A program made the position numbers and the translations under genes. The notes beneath the pieces are model-generated. The model was not told the origin of the DNA. It saw only the letters and a program-made list of their open reading frames with translations, and did not search any database. 29,527 nucleotides of DNA from Prochlorococcus sp. AG-679-M23. Its GTDB lineage: Bacteria; Cyanobacteriota; Cyanobacteriia; PCC-6307; Cyanobiaceae. The stretch spans positions 1 through 29,527 of the forward strand of contig QCUR01000009.1 in assembly GCA_003208875.1 (NCBI GenBank). The letters are read 5' to 3'. Shown here piece by piece: positions 29,060-29,527 of this stretch. The number at the start of each line of letters is the position of its first letter. Positions within the stretch are counted from its first letter, which is position 1.

Positions 29060-29527
29060 ATGATTAAAAATCCTATCCAAGAAGTTACAAATAAATTACA
29101 GTACAGGGCAATAGGCATTGTTAAAGGAATTTATAAGCCAAATAATATTGATCAATTAAATAGAGGAACAATAACTGATAAGGAAGGAAAAATAATTGAA
29201 ACAGTTATTCTTGGTAAAGCTATATCGCTGATAAAAAAATATATCAACTTAGAGAAGGATTATTTTTGGATTGTTTATCCAAGAAATAAAAACATTAACA
29301 ATCTACATTTACAGGTAGCTGGTGTATGGGACCCTTATCAGTTAAATCAATTTGATAAAAATAATTCTGAAAAGGATCCTAATGAGTTATTAGAAGAATT
29401 AAATTTAAACAATAATTATTTTTCAATAAGAGGAGAATTGGTCTATGTAAATACAAAAAAAAAAGAGATTGTTATAAAAATTTGTTCTTCTCCACCTTCA
29501 AAGAGATCAAAATATTCAACTTTTAAA
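29060..29527 (+). CDS. Conserved hypothetical protein, 3'-truncated by the window edge
   Basis: ATG 29060 is open to the window end: MIKNPIQEVTNKLQYRAIGIVKG...WIVYPR...LHLQVAGVWDP...FSIRGEL. Confidence 0.8.
   Translation, partial: MIKNPIQEVTNKLQYRAIGIVKGIYKPNNIDQLNRGTITDKEGKIIETVILGKAISLIKKYINLEKDYFWIVYPRNKNINNLHLQVAGVWDPYQLNQFDKNNSEKDPNELLEELNLNNNYFSIRGELVYVNTKKKEIVIKICSSPPSKRSKYSTFK

Overview
Very AT-rich, gene-dense core-genome segment of a marine picocyanobacterium, most likely a high-light Prochlorococcus. This is inferred from low GC, the hyperconserved protein between tRNA-Trp and tRNA-Asp, the hli gene and the compact gene order. The order is: partial hypothetical, groEL2 (repeat-expanded Gly/Met tail), a 59-aa ORF missed by the track, fabG, ispD, S66 LD-carboxypeptidase, ubiA, ppx, RodZ-like HTH, cobM, lgt, petA, petC, DUF3067, tatC, small membrane protein, NFACT/RqcH, gmk, psaJ (missed by the track), psaF, tsaD, hli, CPA1 antiporter, gltX, tRNA-Asp, hcp, tRNA-Trp, rplS, PepSY-TM-like, map, SDR, Pta-N/DRTGG, SLOG/DprA-like, yajQ, 67-aa HExxH protein, SPFH, hemL, xth and two hypotheticals. 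I see no mobile element, CRISPR array, defence island or other clearly new system. The best leads are hypotheses: a DRTGG-SLOG-YajQ-HExxH cluster, an RqcH homologue that appears to lack its middle domain, the rplS-tRNA-hcp-tRNA-gltX translation unit, and several uncharacterised small proteins and promoter motifs. Family assignments come from motif recognition, not database searches.
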